Shown: piece after piece, positions 60,357 through 64,000 of the stretch
How positions within the stretch are numbered: the stretch's first letter is position 1
Layout of the letters: each line of letters opens with the position of its first letter
Notes under the pieces: model-generated
Told to the model about the DNA's origin: nothing
The model's database searches: none
Seen by the model: the letters and a program-made list of their open reading frames with translations, nothing else
Source of the DNA: Prorocentrum cordatum
Taxonomy: Eukaryota
Direction of reading: 5' to 3'
NCBI GenBank assembly: GCA_963575745.1
Contig: CAUYUJ010000303.1
Span: forward strand, 186,001 to 250,000
Length of the DNA stretch: 64,000 bases
Position numbers and translations under genes: made by a program

Positions 60357-63300
60357 CATTGCAAGGGGGACCGCGACTGCGGCAAACAGTTGCGGCCTGC
60401 GAAGGGGCGACGTTGGGAATGCCCGCCTGTGGAGTGCCAGCGCGCACCAGTCAGCAAATGTGAAATTTGCGCTCCGCCTCGGCAGCAGTCACGACAGGAG
60501 CAGGTTGCCCAGGAGTTAAAGGCTGACATGATTGCCGACCCTCCTGGGATTGCTCCGCCATCCCCGTCAGACGCGCACCAACCTGCGCCGGCGGCAACGC
60601 CTGCTGCGAAGGCTTATCCTGTGGCGTATTCGCCGAAGCCTCTGCAGCAGACACTGGTAGCCTAAATCAGCGGTTCCGAGCGACCTTCTGCCCACGAGTC
60701 TGCCTCTGCATCTTCGGCACAGCAACCCCTTGCTCCCACGCTGGGGGCAACCACTGCTGGCCTTGCCGCAGTGACAGCGGCACTCATTCACTCGGCAGAA
60801 GAATTTGCCGACCCCGATACGTTCGACGAAGAGGCCATTGTCCGTGCTAGGGCTGGCATGAGTACATACAACCAGCAGGACAAGGATTGGTTCATCTCGA
60901 TGGCGTGCTGCAGCTCTTTGCTCAGGCCCATCGCAGCAGAGCTGACGCAGAGAGACTGGGAGCCGACGTCCTATCTTCACGGGTGTTCGCGTCGGCGACT
61001 TCATATTCGTGAAAAATGAGCCAACGCAATTGCTACCACTACGACAATCACTACCCCAAGGGCGATTATCGAACCAAAGTTCGCATGAACAAGTGGCGCA
61101 TCTACGGCCCCGTCATGCACTTCGGCGTCTTTGAGAAGTTCTTCGCAGTACAGATACCGATACTACACTGAGGATTGCGTTGGGTAAACATCTGGCACTG
61201 CGACGAACATTTGCCCCCCAAGAGCGTCATTTACGCCATGCCCATTCGCGCTGACAAGATTGATGGCGCCCACATGGAGGTGGCTATGAGGGGGCCGTCA
61301 TCGTGCAGCTTCCAGATTGCTGGGTATGCTCAGTCCCAAGAGTTTCCCTACTTCGGTACCCCCTCTCTTCAGCGAGTGCGTATCCCACGCGCACCGCCTC
61401 GACGCGCCGCTCCTCGGACCCCGCGATGCGACCAGGAGCCGGTGGCAACGCCCGCTGTGGATCAAATGGAGATCGACGAAGGCATTCGGCAACAAGTGAT
61501 TGACACCACCGCCGAGCGCTCAACCATCGTCTCTGACATTTCCGAAGTTGTGGCAAGCGATGAACCGAGGGCCGCCAATGACGCCATGGAGGCTGAGATG
61601 ACAGCCGAGATCCAGGCAGATCAGAACTCTGGTATTTCTCCTTTTGAATGCATCCTTGATCCACCAGAGAAAGCCCAGAACCAGTAGGATTACCGCCCGA
61701 AAGATATCAACAACTGGACGACATAATCGGACAGGCATATGGTGTAATACTGGACATCGGCACCGTTGATGGAGTCGCCGATGTTCCAGCGAAAACTGGT
61801 GATCGAGATGCACGGCGGTCCCGAACTGTTCATACAGGACAAGATTGAATCATATCTGATACTCCAGCTTCGTTTTGGGACCGGGTCAGATATGCACAAG
61901 ATTTATTACATACGCACTCATACATGGGCACGGGATCTTCCCGTGTGTCTTGCAGAGCACTTCTTCAAGAAGTTGTTGCGATTCCTCGACCCCGAGTCTG
62001 TGCAGGGTACCACTACGGGGATCTTCCATTGGATCTCCAAAGTATACCAGCACTTTCTGCTGGAGGGCATAGAAGAGCTGACGACATTCAACAAGGTCTC
62101 CATTAATGCCCATCATCCAGCCCTCACAGCGCTCCTATCGTTCGACAGAGACTGTGAGGAACAGCACGGATCACCAGGAATCCATCTTTGGCAGGAGCCG
62201 GTGGCAACTCCTGCTGCGCCTGGCCAGGCTGAACCAGGCGCTGCCATGCCCGACGCTCCCGTCGAGATACCACAGGACCCAGGCAGTGTTGCTTCGGCAG
62301 CACCAGACCCAGAAACGATAGTGCAGGTCCTGGCACAGCAGAAGAAGCTCGACCGCACGGAGGGTGACAACGAGACTACCCTCCAGGCCGAAGCTGCGCG
62401 CATCCGCGCAGAGTTGGCCAAGACTTGCGGGAACCTAGACGTATCGGATATCGGATCGACTGAAAACACTGGATTGCCCGGCGATGGGTTGTCGCTCATT
62501 GAGATCCAGGGGGTCGGACGATCGGTCGCTTCCCGTGCCGCCGCCGAGCTTAATCGAGATGCAATGAACCAGCTCGGTCATTCTTGCTTCTGGAGCCGGT
62601 GGCAACACCCGCTGGGGCAGCCATGGGGATCTCGTTTCGACCGGGGCCCCTGAGTCACTCCAGCATGACATCCCTCGATGCAGCACTTGCAGTCGCTTCC
62701 TGTCCCTGGGCGTTGTTACTGACAATGGCACTCTGTTTGACATATGCTGGCAATACAGCACCTCTGCAGGTGCCACAGGAGTTGGCGGCGCTGGGGCTGC
62801 CGACCTTGCGCACCTGCAGGAGCTCAACCAGTGAGTCAGGAACGACCTGTCCCACAACGAGGTGGCCCGCCTCATCGCAGAGTGCACGAAGATCTACACC
62901 GGGGGGCAGCGTTCGGCTATCAGTGAGCAGCGTAATAAATTGAGGACAGTGGCGAAGAAGGCCGAGGAGAGGTACAATCGGTGGTGCGATGCGGGTTGCC
63001 CACCTGCCCGCTTTTGCCGGCTCGTGGGAGAGCCCGACGACAACGGCCCATTGTACCACCCCCACCGTAACGTCCTTCAGCGCTTCCTCGATGAATCTCG
63101 ATTCCACCGCCAAATGACCGGAGCCCGTGCGGCTATCGGCAAGGTGCCCTGGACCGAGGATGACATACATGTGTGAGGCTTGCAATATTCTCTATTCGCA
63201 GCCAAACACTTGGCCTCGCTGGTCGTAGGAATTTGAGGTTAAATGGAGGTAGAATGGCCAGAAGCACTACGCAAGAACGCGGTCTGGTCACGACCGCAGT

Positions 63301-63438
63301 TCCCCGTGGGGGCGGCACTTATGACCGGGCCACGCGTCGGAATCTTGCCAAAGCTGCCTGTGTCGGACCTGCCCTGGGATCAAATCGCCATGGGGGGAAG
63401 GGCTCAGGGGTGGGAACCGATCCTGATACCCCCCCCCC

Positions 63439-63464
63439 ACACACACACACACGCACACACACAC

Positions 63465-63495
<31 letters not shown>

Positions 63496-63532
63496 AACAC
63501 ACACACACACACACGCACACACACACACACAC
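63439..63532. repeat. (CA)n/(CACG)n microsatellite
   Basis: Direct reading. Confidence 0.95.
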
Positions 63533-63789
63533 GATGCCATGACGCCGCCGCCTCGCGCTGACCCTGGCGACACTGCTGGTGCCCGCGCCACCAGCGCGCT
63601 GGCAGCGATGCCCGCTGGGCGGCGCGGCGACGCCGCCGCCGCCCCGCACCCGAGCGGCTGGCAGCCGGCCGGCAGAAGCGCTGGCGCCCGCGCCCCAGCG
63701 ACGCCCCCGCGGGCCTAGCGGGCGCGCACCGCCGACGAGTACGCAGCGCACTGGCGCCACAACCTCGAGGGCAGCCGGTGGGGCCCCAG

Positions 63790-63910
63790 GTGCTGGAGCT
63801 ACCACAACAACTTCTGGATGTACATCGCGGAGAACAGCGATGAATTCGTGTGCATCCGCGACCTGCAGTGCAATCCTCGATTCTACAATTGGCACGCGCG
63901 GACCGCGCGG
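63790..63910 (+). CDS. Probable host-gene exon, product unknown
   Basis: CCCCAG|G acceptor, stop-free CWSYHNNFWMYIAENSDEFVCIRDLQCNPRFYNWHARTAR with strong GC3 bias, |GTAACT donor. Confidence 0.6.
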
Positions 63911-64000
63911 GTAACTTGGAATCCACTGCCCCTCTGTTGTGAGGCCGTTGTATAGGAGAGGGAACAGATGACAGAGTGTTTACACAGTTTTGAGGAAGTA

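Larger units (their letters stand above)
56078..63176 (+). pseudogene. Large accessory (cargo) polyprotein remnant downstream of RNase H
   Basis: Chain of abutting + strand ORF fragments with ordinary protein composition (56402, 57046, 57978, 58230, 59182, 59982, 60771, 61175, 61766, 62862), broken by single frameshifts or stops, with Pro/Ala linkers. Confidence 0.7.
46846..63400 (+). mobile_element. Giant decayed Ty1/copia LTR retrotransposon with ~7 kb of 3' cargo; 3' LTR not seen
   Basis: Order LTR-PBS-gag-PR-IN-RT-RH, then same-strand, similarly decayed coding sequence to ~63.2 kb. The core element is secure; the 3' extent is inferred. Confidence 0.7.

Noticed and set aside
63946..64000. 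Start of the copia 3' LTR (TGTATAGGAGAGGG...)
   Set aside because: Only superficial similarity to TGTGTACAAGAGGG, it diverges immediately, there is no polypurine tract before it, and it lies beyond a host-like exon.

Overview
GC-rich, repeat-dense eukaryotic DNA from a dinoflagellate. The taxon call rests on several copies of the dinoflagellate spliced leader (DinoSL, DCCGTAGCCATTTTGGCTCAAG) and on GC/GA splice donors; a Prorocentrum-like genome is my inference. The window is mostly nested, decayed mobile DNA: (1) an apparently full-length APE+RT non-LTR retrotransposon (16231-22029) that starts with two stacked DinoSL copies and ends in oligo(A); (2) a cassette of three co-oriented genes (26678-38275), two headed by clear SL-like sequences and the middle one by a weak one; the first is a divergent hAT-like DDE transposase and the third a Zn-finger/helical/cupin-like protein, both with GC/GA-AG introns; (3) a giant Ty1/copia element (5' LTR 46846-47053, half-tRNA-type PBS, CCCH-finger gag, PR-IN-RT-RH) followed by about 7 kb of extra coding sequence containing an SGNH-like domain and a complete Tpt1/KptA (NAD+-dependent RNA 2'-phosphotransferase) domain, linked to gag-pol by a shared (Q)EPVATP(A/T) motif. 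The rest is at least four MITE families (one with an 8-bp TSD confirmed by an empty paralogous site), microsatellite blocks, a ~100-bp G-rich satellite, a 100-N gap and two isolated probable host exons. The best candidate for an undescribed system is the half-tRNA-primed copia element carrying its own Tpt1-like RNA end-processing enzyme. The second is the SL-headed multi-gene DNA-transposon cassette. All domain calls are by-eye motif recognition; no searches were run.
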